Below the pieces are notes generated by a model. It was given only the letters and a program-made list of their open reading frames with translations, did not search any database and was not told the origin of the DNA. From Anaerolineae bacterium (lineage in GTDB: Bacteria; Chloroflexota; Anaerolineae; JAADDB01): a DNA stretch of 35,927 nucleotides. Shown here piece by piece: positions 22,585 to 31,021 of this stretch. Position 1 is the stretch's first letter; the number at the start of each line of letters is the position of its first letter. A program made the position numbers and the translations under genes. The stretch is from the NCBI GenBank assembly GCA_015489285.1, contig WGAA01000230.1, forward strand, positions 1 through 35,927. The letters are read 5' to 3'.

Positions 22585-23808
22585 TCACCGCTCCTTCTCG
22601 ATGTTTCGGATCAACGCGGGCAAAATAGCGTAAAACCCCGTCGCGTCCACCACGTCCTTCAAGGGGACCTGATCCTCCACCGTGTGGGCGTAAATCTCGT
22701 CGCCGGGGCCAAAACCGATGCTGGGGATACCCGCTTTCCCCATCCAGTAAATGCCGTTCGTGCTGAAGTTCCACTTCCCCGTCCGGGTCGGCCGGCCGAA
22801 GTAGAGCTCGTAAGCTTTCAAGCCGGCCTGGACGAGAGGATGATCCTCCTCCAGCGCCCAGGCGGGGAAGTACTTCTCCACGGGGAAGACAAAGCCCGTG
22901 TAGCTCGGCTCCTTGTACTGGAGGATCTCCACCCACACATCCCCCTTCTCCCGGTTCTCAGGAGGAATGAGGGACTCCACCTCTTGCAACGCCCGCTCCT
23001 TTGTCTCGCCAAAGGTTACCCGTCGGTCGATCCAAATGGTGGCCTCGTCGGGAACCGCGTTGATGCTGGGGGTTTTGACCTTCATGTCCGTGACGGTGAT
23101 CTTTCCCTTCCCCAGGAAGGGATGGTCGCCTAATTTGGGGCCCAGATCCCGCACCCCTGCGATGACGGGAAGAATTTTGTAGATCGCGTTATCCCCCAGC
23201 TCATTGCTGGCCGCATGGGCCGAGCGCCCCTTGGCCACGACCTTCATCTCCACCCGCCCTTTGTGCCCGCGGTACACCTGCATCTTCGTGGGCTCGCCGA
23301 TGACCACGAAATCGGGGCGGATGCCCTCCACTTCGACGAGGGCGTTGGGCGCCAGCCCGTCGCACCACTCCTCCATGTTCCCGAAATAGTACGCGGTGAC
23401 CCCCTCCAGCAGGCCCAACATCTTGGCAAAGGCCAGGCCGTACACCATGCCCGGAGTGGAACCCTTCTCATCGCACGCCCCTCGCGCGTAGAGAATGCCG
23501 TTTTCCACCTTTCCCTCGAAGGGGTCCCACTCCCACGCCTCGGGGTCCCCGATCCCTACCGTATCGATGTGACTATCGTAAAGAAGCACCTTCGGTCCGT
23601 TGCCGATGCGCCCCACGATGTTCCCCATGCGGTCGAACCACATGTCATCGAAGCCCAGCTTCTCCATTTCAGCCGCGATGCGCTCTCCCACCTCGCGGAT
23701 CTGGCCGTCCATGCTGGGGATGGCCACGATATCCCGCATGAAGCGGACGATATCCTCCTCCGCGGCCTCCACCGCAGCACGCACGGCCTGAACGGTTTTC
23801 TCGTCCAT
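22585..23808 (-). CDS. M20-family metallohydrolase, YgeY-like
   Basis: DIVAIPS, DSHIDTVG, GACDEKG, EEWCDGL, GIRPDFVVIGEPT..QVYRGHKGRVE, GDNAIYK, KWNFSTNG, GIPSIGFGPG. RBS AAGGAGGAAG. Confidence 0.75.
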   Translation of the reverse strand: MDEKTVQAVRAAVEAAEEDIVRFMRDIVAIPSMDGQIREVGERIAAEMEKLGFDDMWFDRMGNIVGRIGNGPKVLLYDSHIDTVGIGDPEAWEWDPFEGKVENGILYARGACDEKGSTPGMVYGLAFAKMLGLLEGVTAYYFGNMEEWCDGLAPNALVEVEGIRPDFVVIGEPTKMQVYRGHKGRVEMKVVAKGRSAHAASNELGDNAIYKILPVIAGVRDLGPKLGDHPFLGKGKITVTDMKVKTPSINAVPDEATIWIDRRVTFGETKERALQEVESLIPPENREKGDVWVEILQYKEPSYTGFVFPVEKYFPAWALEEDHPLVQAGLKAYELYFGRPTRTGKWNFSTNGIYWMGKAGIPSIGFGPGDEIYAHTVEDQVPLKDVVDATGFYAILPALIRNIEKER

Positions 23809-23828
23809 AGCGACTTCCTCCTTGAACT

Positions 23829-23839
23829 GTAAAGTTTAC
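23829..23839. promoter_or_regulatory. Palindrome GTAAAGTTTAC, candidate GntR-type operator upstream of the M20 gene
   Basis: Perfect 5+1+5 palindrome of GT...AC type, immediately upstream of the RBS of the M20 gene. It is adjacent to the GC hairpin CCCCGGG-cgt-CCCGGGG (23849-23865). Confidence 0.3.
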
Positions 23840-23885
23840 GGCCCCTCCCCCCGGGCGTCCCGGGGCAGAGCCGTTCATCGCGCCC

Positions 23886-24674
23886 TTATTTGCGAATGAC
23901 GTGAAAGCGAACAAGGCCGGGTATGAAATAATGGCGCTCGTAAGCCACCGGAACACTTCTCTCGTCGTACAGCACCTGCTCCAGGAAGAGGAGCGATTGC
24001 CCTTCGGGGACCTCCAACGCCCGGGCCAGGGCCGTATCCGCGTCGACGGCCAGGACATTGGTATAGGCGTAGGAGACGATGGGCTTTCCCCGGCGGCGCA
24101 GCATATCCAACAATGACCCCTGAAAGGTCAATTTTACCTCCTCCAGGGGCACAAGGGCGGCGGGGATGACGTCCAGCATCCAGGCCACCGGAATGTCGTC
24201 GACCAGGCGAGTGCGTGAAATGACGACGACGGATTCTCCCTCGGGGATGCCGAGGCGGGCCGCGGCCTTGGGCAGAGCGGCCTCCAGCCGAATGTGGAGA
24301 TCGCGCGTCCGCACCACCTTGTTACGGCGACGCATGATCTCGTCCAGGCTCTCCAAAACCTCGAGCCCCCCTTCCACGGTGATGGGGGGCACATTGACAA
24401 AGGTTCCCACGCCTCGCCGACGGACGATGATCCCCTGGGATTCCAGCGCCCGCAACACCTCCCGTAGCGTCGCGCGGGAAACTCCCAGCTGTTTAGCCAA
24501 CTCCGGCTCCGGCGGCAACTTGTCCCCCGGGCGATATCCGCCTTTGGCCAACAATTGCGTCAACGCATCCTGGGCCCTCATGTACAAGGGCCGAATGTCC
24601 CGGCCTCCTCTGCCGGATCCTTCCTCCACTTCCTGCTCCACGGTCGACTCCCCTCCCATACTTTGCGCCCACAT
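23886..24674 (-). CDS. GntR-family transcriptional regulator, HutC/UTRA subfamily
   Basis: Winged HTH GDKLPPEPELAKQLGVSRATLREVLRALESQGIIVRRRGVGTFV, plus a UTRA-like C-terminal half. ATG 24674 lies 5 nt after the permease stop. The longer ORF (to 24968) would overlap the permease gene. Confidence 0.85.
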   Translation of the reverse strand: MWAQSMGGESTVEQEVEEGSGRGGRDIRPLYMRAQDALTQLLAKGGYRPGDKLPPEPELAKQLGVSRATLREVLRALESQGIIVRRRGVGTFVNVPPITVEGGLEVLESLDEIMRRRNKVVRTRDLHIRLEAALPKAAARLGIPEGESVVVISRTRLVDDIPVAWMLDVIPAALVPLEEVKLTFQGSLLDMLRRRGKPIVSYAYTNVLAVDADTALARALEVPEGQSLLFLEQVLYDERSVPVAYERHYFIPGLVRFHVIRK

Positions 24675-24679
24675 CACGG

Positions 24680-25609
24680 TCACCGCTCCCCACGGACGTA
24701 CGGGATACCCAACGCCGCGGGAGCGCCAACGCGTCGGCGTACCCGCTCCTGTGTGGCGAAAATGAGAACCAAGATGGTGAAAAGGTACGGCATCATTTGC
24801 AGGAAATAAATGGGGATCGTGACCCCCTTCGTCTGCAAACCAAACTGCAGGGAGTTCACCCCACCGAACAGATACGAACCCAGCGCCGCCCGCAAGGGAT
24901 CCCAGAAGGCGAAAATGACCAGCCCCACCGCGATCCACCCGCGGCCGGCCGTCATCCCCTCGATCCACCCGGGGGTGTACGAAAGGGAAATCGTGGCTCC
25001 CCCCAAACCGGCCAACATCCCCCCGATGAAGGTGTACAGGTAACGCAGCTTGAACACGTTGATACCGGCCGCATCGGCCGTAGCGGGATCCTCCCCCACA
25101 GCCCGCAAGTGCAATCCCGGCCGCGTCTTGAAAATGAAATACCAGGCCAGCGGGAAAAGGAGGAAGGAGAAGTACACCAGCGGATCCCGCTGAAAGAGCA
25201 CCTCCCCCAGGAAAGGAATGCGGGAGAGCAGCGGGATCTTCCAGGCGGTGAAGCGGACACCGGGCACCCCTACGTAGGGTTTCCCCACCAGTGCGCTCAG
25301 CCCGGAGCCGAACAAGGTCAACGCGAGGCCGCTCACCACCTGATCCCCCCGCAAGGTGATGCTGACGAAGGCGTGAATGAGGCTCATCAGCCCCCCTACC
25401 AGCATGGCGGCCAGGGCACCGACCCAGGGGCTCCCCGTCTTCAACCCGACGATGAAACCGGAAACCGCCCCCATCAACATCATTCCTTCCACGCCCAGGT
25501 TGAGCACCCCGGCCCGTTCCGCGAAAATCTCCCCAATCGTCGCGTACAAAATCGGCGTACCGGCCCGGATGGCCGCAATTAGCGTCGCAGAAATGAAGAC
25601 CCAGTCCAT
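24680..25609 (-). CDS. ABC transporter permease (BMP/nucleoside-type system, second permease)
   Basis: Multi-TM protein with FAERAGVLNLGVEGMMLMGA. ATG 25609 after AGAGGGAAA. Confidence 0.85.
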   Translation of the reverse strand: MDWVFISATLIAAIRAGTPILYATIGEIFAERAGVLNLGVEGMMLMGAVSGFIVGLKTGSPWVGALAAMLVGGLMSLIHAFVSITLRGDQVVSGLALTLFGSGLSALVGKPYVGVPGVRFTAWKIPLLSRIPFLGEVLFQRDPLVYFSFLLFPLAWYFIFKTRPGLHLRAVGEDPATADAAGINVFKLRYLYTFIGGMLAGLGGATISLSYTPGWIEGMTAGRGWIAVGLVIFAFWDPLRAALGSYLFGGVNSLQFGLQTKGVTIPIYFLQMMPYLFTILVLIFATQERVRRRVGAPAALGIPYVRGER

Positions 25610-25643
25610 GAGTTTCCCTCTATCCCTCTGGATTGACGTCCCC

Positions 25644-26783
25644 TCAAGAGGACACGCGCTCAATCCGCAATGTGTAATAGCTGAGAATTTCTCCGCCCAG
25701 GACGAAGAACAAAATCAACCCCTGCAAGATGAACGAAACCGCTACCGGAAGCCCCATGCTGATCTGGAGCTGATCCCCGGCCACGAGCAACGCCCCAAAG
25801 AGAAAAGCCACGACCGGCAGAACCAGCGGGTGGAGCTTGGCCAACCACGCGATGATGATGGCCGTATAGCCGTAGCCCGGGGAAATTTGGTGCTGCAAGC
25901 GATGGATAATGCCCATGACTTCGGCCATTCCGGCCACCCCGGCCAGGCCCCCACTGATGGCCATGACGATGAGGACGTTGCGGGCGATGCGCATGCCCGC
26001 GTAGCGGGCGGCCTTCTGGTTGCGGCCGATGACGTCCACCTCGAACCCCCACTTGCTCCGAGTGACGAACACGTACAGGAGGATGGCCGCGATGATGCCG
26101 AACAGGAGTCCCAGGTGAACCCGATGCCGCGGCGTGAGGAAGAACAAGCCGGGGGTCCGAGGCAACCATAACTCCCGGGGAAACACGGCCGTCAGGGGGA
26201 ATCCCAAGCTGGCCGGGTCCTTCCAGGGCACGTTGACCAGGTAATCCACCCAGAGGATGGCCACATAGTTGAGCATCAGGGTGGTGATGATCTCGTTGAC
26301 GTTCAGGTAGGCCTTCAAGGCCCCCGGGATCAGGGCCCAGAGGGCGCCGGCGGCAAATCCGGCCGCGGTGATGATGACCAACCACATCCACGGCTGGATC
26401 TGGGGGAACTTCTGGGGGAGAAAGAGGGCGATTCCTCCCGCGGCAATGGCCCCCATGTGCAATTGTCCCTCCGCGCCGATGTTCCACAACTGCATGCGAA
26501 AAGCCAGGGAGACCCCCAACCCGGCCAGGATCAGGGGAATGGTCTTCACCAGCGTCTCCCCCAGGGCGTACTTGGACCCGAACGCGCCTTTAGCCATGGC
26601 CACATACGCCGCGACCGGATCCACCCCATTCGCCCAAATGAGCAAGGCGCCTGTGAGCAATCCCAACACGATGGACAACACAGGGACGATTGCGCTCACC
26701 CAGCGAGGACGTACCAGCCGCTGTTCGACGCGAATTCTCCAGGGAAATCCTCCCCGCCCCACCTTCATATCCTCCACGGTCAT
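25644..26783 (-). CDS. ABC transporter permease (BMP/nucleoside-type system, first permease)
   Basis: Multi-TM protein with FRMQLWNIGAEGQLHMGAI. ATGA overlap with the ATPase stop. Confidence 0.85.
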   Translation of the reverse strand: MTVEDMKVGRGGFPWRIRVEQRLVRPRWVSAIVPVLSIVLGLLTGALLIWANGVDPVAAYVAMAKGAFGSKYALGETLVKTIPLILAGLGVSLAFRMQLWNIGAEGQLHMGAIAAGGIALFLPQKFPQIQPWMWLVIITAAGFAAGALWALIPGALKAYLNVNEIITTLMLNYVAILWVDYLVNVPWKDPASLGFPLTAVFPRELWLPRTPGLFFLTPRHRVHLGLLFGIIAAILLYVFVTRSKWGFEVDVIGRNQKAARYAGMRIARNVLIVMAISGGLAGVAGMAEVMGIIHRLQHQISPGYGYTAIIIAWLAKLHPLVLPVVAFLFGALLVAGDQLQISMGLPVAVSFILQGLILFFVLGGEILSYYTLRIERVSS

Positions 26784-28303
26784 GCGCCTCTTCCCTCCAG
26801 ACGAGTTCCTGCCATAAGCAGGCCGATTTCCTCCACCGGGGCATCCGGTGGGACCTCACCCATGATCTCGCCTTCGTACATGACAATGATGCGATCGCTC
26901 AACGCCCGCACCTCTTCCAGGTCCTCGGAGATGAGGAGAATAGCCGCCCCCTGGGAACGCTGCTCCAACAACCGCTGGCGGACGGCTTCCGTGGCCCCCA
27001 CGTCCAACCCCTGGGTCGGGTGGACGGCGATGACGACCGCGGGCCGGGAGGAGAATTCCCGGGCCAGAATAAGCTTCTGGATGTTCCCACCGGACAGGGT
27101 ACGGGCCTCCACATCGGGATTGGGAGCCATCACGTCGAAATGGCGGAGGAGTTCCTTGGCCTTCTCCCGCATCTGCTTCCAGTTCAGGAAGAAGCCCGGC
27201 AGGCGACGGTACGCCTTGAGGAACAGGTTGCCCGTGAGGTGCAGAGAGGGAACGATGCCCACGTGCACCCGGTCTTCCGGAATGTGGCTCACACCGGCAT
27301 CGATGAAGGCCCGAGCCCCCGCGTTCGTCAAATCCTGTCCGTTGACCCGCACGCGTCCCCCCGTGCTCTCCCGCAAGCCGGTAATGACCTCGGCCAGCTC
27401 GCTCTGCCCGTTCCCGGAAACACCGGCCACCCCCAGAATCTCCCGCTCCCGCACGTGGAAAGTGACCCCCTTGAGGGCCGGAACCCCGCGATCACTCAAC
27501 GCCCGGAGCCCCTGCACCTCCAACACGGGAGCGCCCGGCTCGACGGGTTCCTTCTCTATGTGGAAGAGGACCTCACGCCCCACCATCATGCGGGCCAGCT
27601 CCTCCTTGGTGGCCATCTGCGCCTCCACCGTCCCCACCACTCGACCTTTGCGCAGGATGGTGATGCGGTCGGCGATGGCCAACACCTCGTCCAGCTTGTG
27701 GGAGATGAAGATGATGGTATGCCCTTCCCGGGCCATCCGTCGCAGGGTGACGAAGAGCTCCTCCACTTCCTGGGGGGTAAGGACGGCCGTGGGTTCGTCC
27801 ATGATGAGGATGCGGGCCCCCCGGTAGAGGGCTTTGAGGATCTCGACTCGCTGTTGCTCGCCCAGGCTGAGCTGCCAGATATACGCCTGGGGGTCGACTT
27901 TGAGGCCGTATTGCTCTTCCAACCGGCGGATCTCTTGCTCCGCCTCGGCCAGGTTGAGGAAGAAACGGGGTTTATCCAGCCCGAGGATGATGTTTTCGGC
28001 CACCGTGTGGGTTTCGACGAGCTTGAAATGCTGGTGGACCATGCCGACACCGTGGGCGATGGCGTCACGCGGGGAGTTGAAGACGACCCGTCGACCGTAA
28101 AGGTAAATTTCCCCTTCGTCAGGACGGTAGAGGCCGCTGAGGATGTTCATCAACGTGGTCTTGCCGGCCCCATTTTCCCCCAAAAGAGCGTGGATTTCCC
28201 CCTCATAGGCACTGAAATTCACGTGATCGTTTGCCAAAACGCCGGGGAAGCGTTTGACAATGTTCCGCATCTCTACGGCAATACGCGCTGTTTCCCCTTC
28301 CAT
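26780..28303 (-). CDS. ABC transporter ATP-binding protein with duplicated cassettes (sugar/nucleoside type)
   Basis: Cassette 1: GENGAGKTTL, LSLGEQQRVEILKAL, LIMDEPT. Cassette 2: GVSGNGQSEL, LSGGNIQKLILAREF. ATG 28303 after GGGAGG. Confidence 0.9.
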   Translation of the reverse strand: MEGETARIAVEMRNIVKRFPGVLANDHVNFSAYEGEIHALLGENGAGKTTLMNILSGLYRPDEGEIYLYGRRVVFNSPRDAIAHGVGMVHQHFKLVETHTVAENIILGLDKPRFFLNLAEAEQEIRRLEEQYGLKVDPQAYIWQLSLGEQQRVEILKALYRGARILIMDEPTAVLTPQEVEELFVTLRRMAREGHTIIFISHKLDEVLAIADRITILRKGRVVGTVEAQMATKEELARMMVGREVLFHIEKEPVEPGAPVLEVQGLRALSDRGVPALKGVTFHVREREILGVAGVSGNGQSELAEVITGLRESTGGRVRVNGQDLTNAGARAFIDAGVSHIPEDRVHVGIVPSLHLTGNLFLKAYRRLPGFFLNWKQMREKAKELLRHFDVMAPNPDVEARTLSGGNIQKLILAREFSSRPAVVIAVHPTQGLDVGATEAVRQRLLEQRSQGAAILLISEDLEEVRALSDRIIVMYEGEIMGEVPPDAPVEEIGLLMAGTRLEGRGA

Positions 28304-28406
28304 GCAATAGCCTCCCGGAAGAATGTAGGGGAATCGGGGTGCCATGTGCGCCGACATGGCACCCCGACGAGCGATCCGTCAGAATGGCATCATCCCACGA
28401 GGCCCA

Positions 28407-30641
28407 TTACTGGGGTATCTCGCCGACGACCCCTTCGACGAACCACTTCATGCTCAACATCTCCTCATCGGAGAGACATTGCCCCTCAGGCACCTTCACG
28501 TTGCCGTTCTGGTCCTTGATGGGGCCGCAGAAGACATCCCAGGACCCGTCGATGATCTTCTGCTTCTCCTGCTCGACCAGGGCCTTCACATCGTCGGGGA
28601 CCATATCGCCGTAGGGGCCCAGGTCGACGACCCCGTCGGCCAGACCACCCCAGTACGGTGTCGGATCGAATTTGCCGGCCTGAATGTCCTTGACGACCTT
28701 GGTGTAGTACACACCCCAGTGCCAGACGGGACCGGTGAGCACGGCCTTGGGGGCGAAAGAGCGCATATCCGAGTTATAGCCGATGCCGTAGGCCCCGTGG
28801 TCCTGGGCGGCCTGCATGGGAGCCGGCGTATCCTGGTGCTGGGCGATTACATCCACGCCCGAGGAAAGGAGCGTCTCCGCGGCCTCCCGCTCCGTGGGCG
28901 GATCGTACCACGTGTTCGTCCACACGACTTGGACGGTCGCGTTGGGATTGACCTTACGCACTCCCAGGGTGAAGGCGTTGATCCCGCGGATGACCTCGGG
29001 AATGGGGAAAGCGGCCACGTAGCCGATCTTGTTGCTCTTCGTCATCTTGCCGGCTACAAGGCCAGAGAGATAGCGCGGTTGATACATGCGGCCGAAGTAG
29101 TTGGTGAAATTCTTGCCGTTGGACTTGTACCCGGAGCAATGCAACCAGTAGACATCGGGATACTCCTCGGCCAGAGCCGCCATCGTGTCCATGTAGCCGA
29201 AGGAGGTCCCGAAGATGACGTCATATCCCTTCTCCGCGAAATCGCGGAAAACGCGCTCGGCATCGGCGCCCTCGGGCACGCTCTCCACATACGCCGTCTC
29301 CACGTTGGGGACGTTCTTCTCCAGCTCCAGACGTCCCTGATCGTGGGCATAGGTCCAACCCGCGTCACCAATGGGGCCCACGTAGACGAACGCGGCCTTG
29401 ATCGGCTTGGCCTCCGCGCCCGACTCGGCAGGGGCTTCTGCCTTCTTCTCCTCCGCCTTGGGAGGTTCCTCGCCGCCGGGGATCTCGCCGATCACGCCCT
29501 TGACGAACCACTTCATGTTCCAAATCTGCTCCCAGGAGAGGCTATCCCCCTCGGCCACGGCGAGCTGTCCGTTCTGGGCGTAGATGGGCCCGGCCCCCAC
29601 ATCGAGTTCGTGAGAGACGATCTTCTTCTTGAGCTCGCTCACCTTTTCCTTGATGGCGTCATCCGCGGCCGGACCGAACTTGAAGTCCACGATGCCGGTA
29701 TCCGCATCCCACCAGGAATCGGGCAGCCCACGCGGCTTGAACGTGCCCTCCTTCACCTCCTTGAGGATCTCCGCGTAAGCAACGCCCCAATTCCAATGAG
29801 GCACACCGATGCACCCGGCGCCCGCGAGCTCACACGCGTTGGGGCTGTCGTAGGCCATGCCCCATTTGCCCTTCTCCGTGGCCGCCTGGACGGGGCCGGG
29901 CGTGTCGGACCCGGTGATGATGACATCCGCGCCTGCGGCCAGCAGGGTTTCCGCGGCCTCACGCTCTGTGGGCGGGTCGTACCAGGAGTTGATCCACACG
30001 ACCTGGACCTGGATGTCGGGGTCTACGCTGTGGGCCCCCAGGGTGACGAAGTTGATATGCCGGATGACCTCAGGAATGGGGAAGGGGGCGACATACCCCA
30101 GCTTCTTGGTTTTCGTCTTCATGGCCGCGGCCACGCCGGCCAGGTACTTCATCTTGTACATGCGGCCGAAGAGGTTGTCGAAATTCGTGTCGTTCCACTT
30201 GTACCCCGAGACGTGAATCCACACGGTGTCGGGATATTCCTGGGCCAGCTTCTCCATCGTGTCCATGTAGCCGAAGGAGGTTCCGAAAATGACATCGTAC
30301 CCCTTCTCCGCGAACTCGCGGAAGACGCGCTCGGCGTCGGCTCCTTCGGGCACGCTCTCCACGTACGTGGTCTCCACATCGGGCATGACCTTTTCCACGT
30401 ACTTGCGTCCCAAATCGTGGGCATAGGTCCACCCCGCATCACCGATGGGGCCGACGTACACCCAGGCGGCTTTGAGCTTCTTCCCCCCCTCTTTTTCGGC
30501 CTGAGCGGGCTGTGTCGGTTGGGTTGCGCCCATGGTCTGGGCCGGGGCGGGTTTCGTGGGCGTCGGGGTGGCTTTGGAACAAGCGCCTACCACCAAAGCG
30601 ATGAGCAGGACGAGCAGTACAACTCCCCACAGACGGCGCAT
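28407..30641 (-). CDS. Lipoprotein with two tandem BMP-family (Med/PnrA-like) substrate-binding domains
   Basis: Signal + lipobox LLIALVVGAC. Two ~330-aa copies (nt ~29477-30479 and ~28410-29402) share VYVGPIGDAGWTYAHD and VESVPEGADAERVFR-FAEKGYDVIFGTSFGYMDTM. They are joined by a PPKAEEKKAEAPAESGAEAKP linker. ATG 30641 after AAGGAGAAGGAGG. Confidence 0.85.
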   Translation of the reverse strand: MRRLWGVVLLVLLIALVVGACSKATPTPTKPAPAQTMGATQPTQPAQAEKEGGKKLKAAWVYVGPIGDAGWTYAHDLGRKYVEKVMPDVETTYVESVPEGADAERVFREFAEKGYDVIFGTSFGYMDTMEKLAQEYPDTVWIHVSGYKWNDTNFDNLFGRMYKMKYLAGVAAAMKTKTKKLGYVAPFPIPEVIRHINFVTLGAHSVDPDIQVQVVWINSWYDPPTEREAAETLLAAGADVIITGSDTPGPVQAATEKGKWGMAYDSPNACELAGAGCIGVPHWNWGVAYAEILKEVKEGTFKPRGLPDSWWDADTGIVDFKFGPAADDAIKEKVSELKKKIVSHELDVGAGPIYAQNGQLAVAEGDSLSWEQIWNMKWFVKGVIGEIPGGEEPPKAEEKKAEAPAESGAEAKPIKAAFVYVGPIGDAGWTYAHDQGRLELEKNVPNVETAYVESVPEGADAERVFRDFAEKGYDVIFGTSFGYMDTMAALAEEYPDVYWLHCSGYKSNGKNFTNYFGRMYQPRYLSGLVAGKMTKSNKIGYVAAFPIPEVIRGINAFTLGVRKVNPNATVQVVWTNTWYDPPTEREAAETLLSSGVDVIAQHQDTPAPMQAAQDHGAYGIGYNSDMRSFAPKAVLTGPVWHWGVYYTKVVKDIQAGKFDPTPYWGGLADGVVDLGPYGDMVPDDVKALVEQEKQKIIDGSWDVFCGPIKDQNGNVKVPEGQCLSDEEMLSMKWFVEGVVGEIPQ

Positions 30642-30852
30642 GGTGACCCTCCTTCTCCTTGGTCGTCCTTCTTTGAACTCGCGTTCCATACCTTGGGTGA
30701 CGTCTCGACATCCTCCGTGTTCGGCAAAAGATCGGCCTCATGTCCCCATCGCGCCGAGATCATCACCCTGTGACCTCGGTCATGAAAAGAGCCCGTCACG
30801 CCCTTTTGACATCGCCGAGGTACACCCAAACACGCGGGGAATCACGAATGTA

Positions 30853-30882
30853 ATAGTACCATCATTCGGGGGAAATTGTCAA
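30853..30882 (-). promoter_or_regulatory. Candidate sigma70-type promoter for the BMP transporter array
   Basis: Minus strand reads TTGACA (30882..30877), 18-nt spacer, TACTAT (30858..30853). This would give a ~200-nt leader. Confidence 0.3.
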
Positions 30883-30886
30883 TCCC

Positions 30887-30899
30887 GTTGTCAGACAAC
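30887..30899. promoter_or_regulatory. Perfect palindrome GTTGTCAGACAAC, candidate GntR/HutC operator
   Basis: 6+1+6 palindrome abutting the candidate -35. A second GT-N6-AC-type site, GTAATAGTAC (30850-30859), overlaps the candidate -10. Confidence 0.3.
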
Positions 30900-31021
30900 C
30901 CTGGATTGGGGAGGACCGTCCCCTTTTACCGTCACACGTTCAATTCCCAAGGGGGAGCGAAATACGTAAGATAAGAAGGGGAAAGCAAGAAACACCTGAC
31001 AGGAGTGCAAAGGCGATTGGC

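Noticed and set aside
26457-28519. 456-aa and 609-aa plus-strand ORFs opposite the ABC ATPase and permease genes
   Set aside because: They are antisense to genes with textbook Walker and signature motifs, and their composition is Pro/Arg/Ser-rich and non-protein-like.
28344-30773. 809-aa ORF on the plus strand opposite the double BMP lipoprotein gene
   Set aside because: Shadow frame of a strongly supported gene. It mirrors the internal duplication of the real gene, has low-complexity G/R/L/D/H composition, and lacks a plausible RBS.
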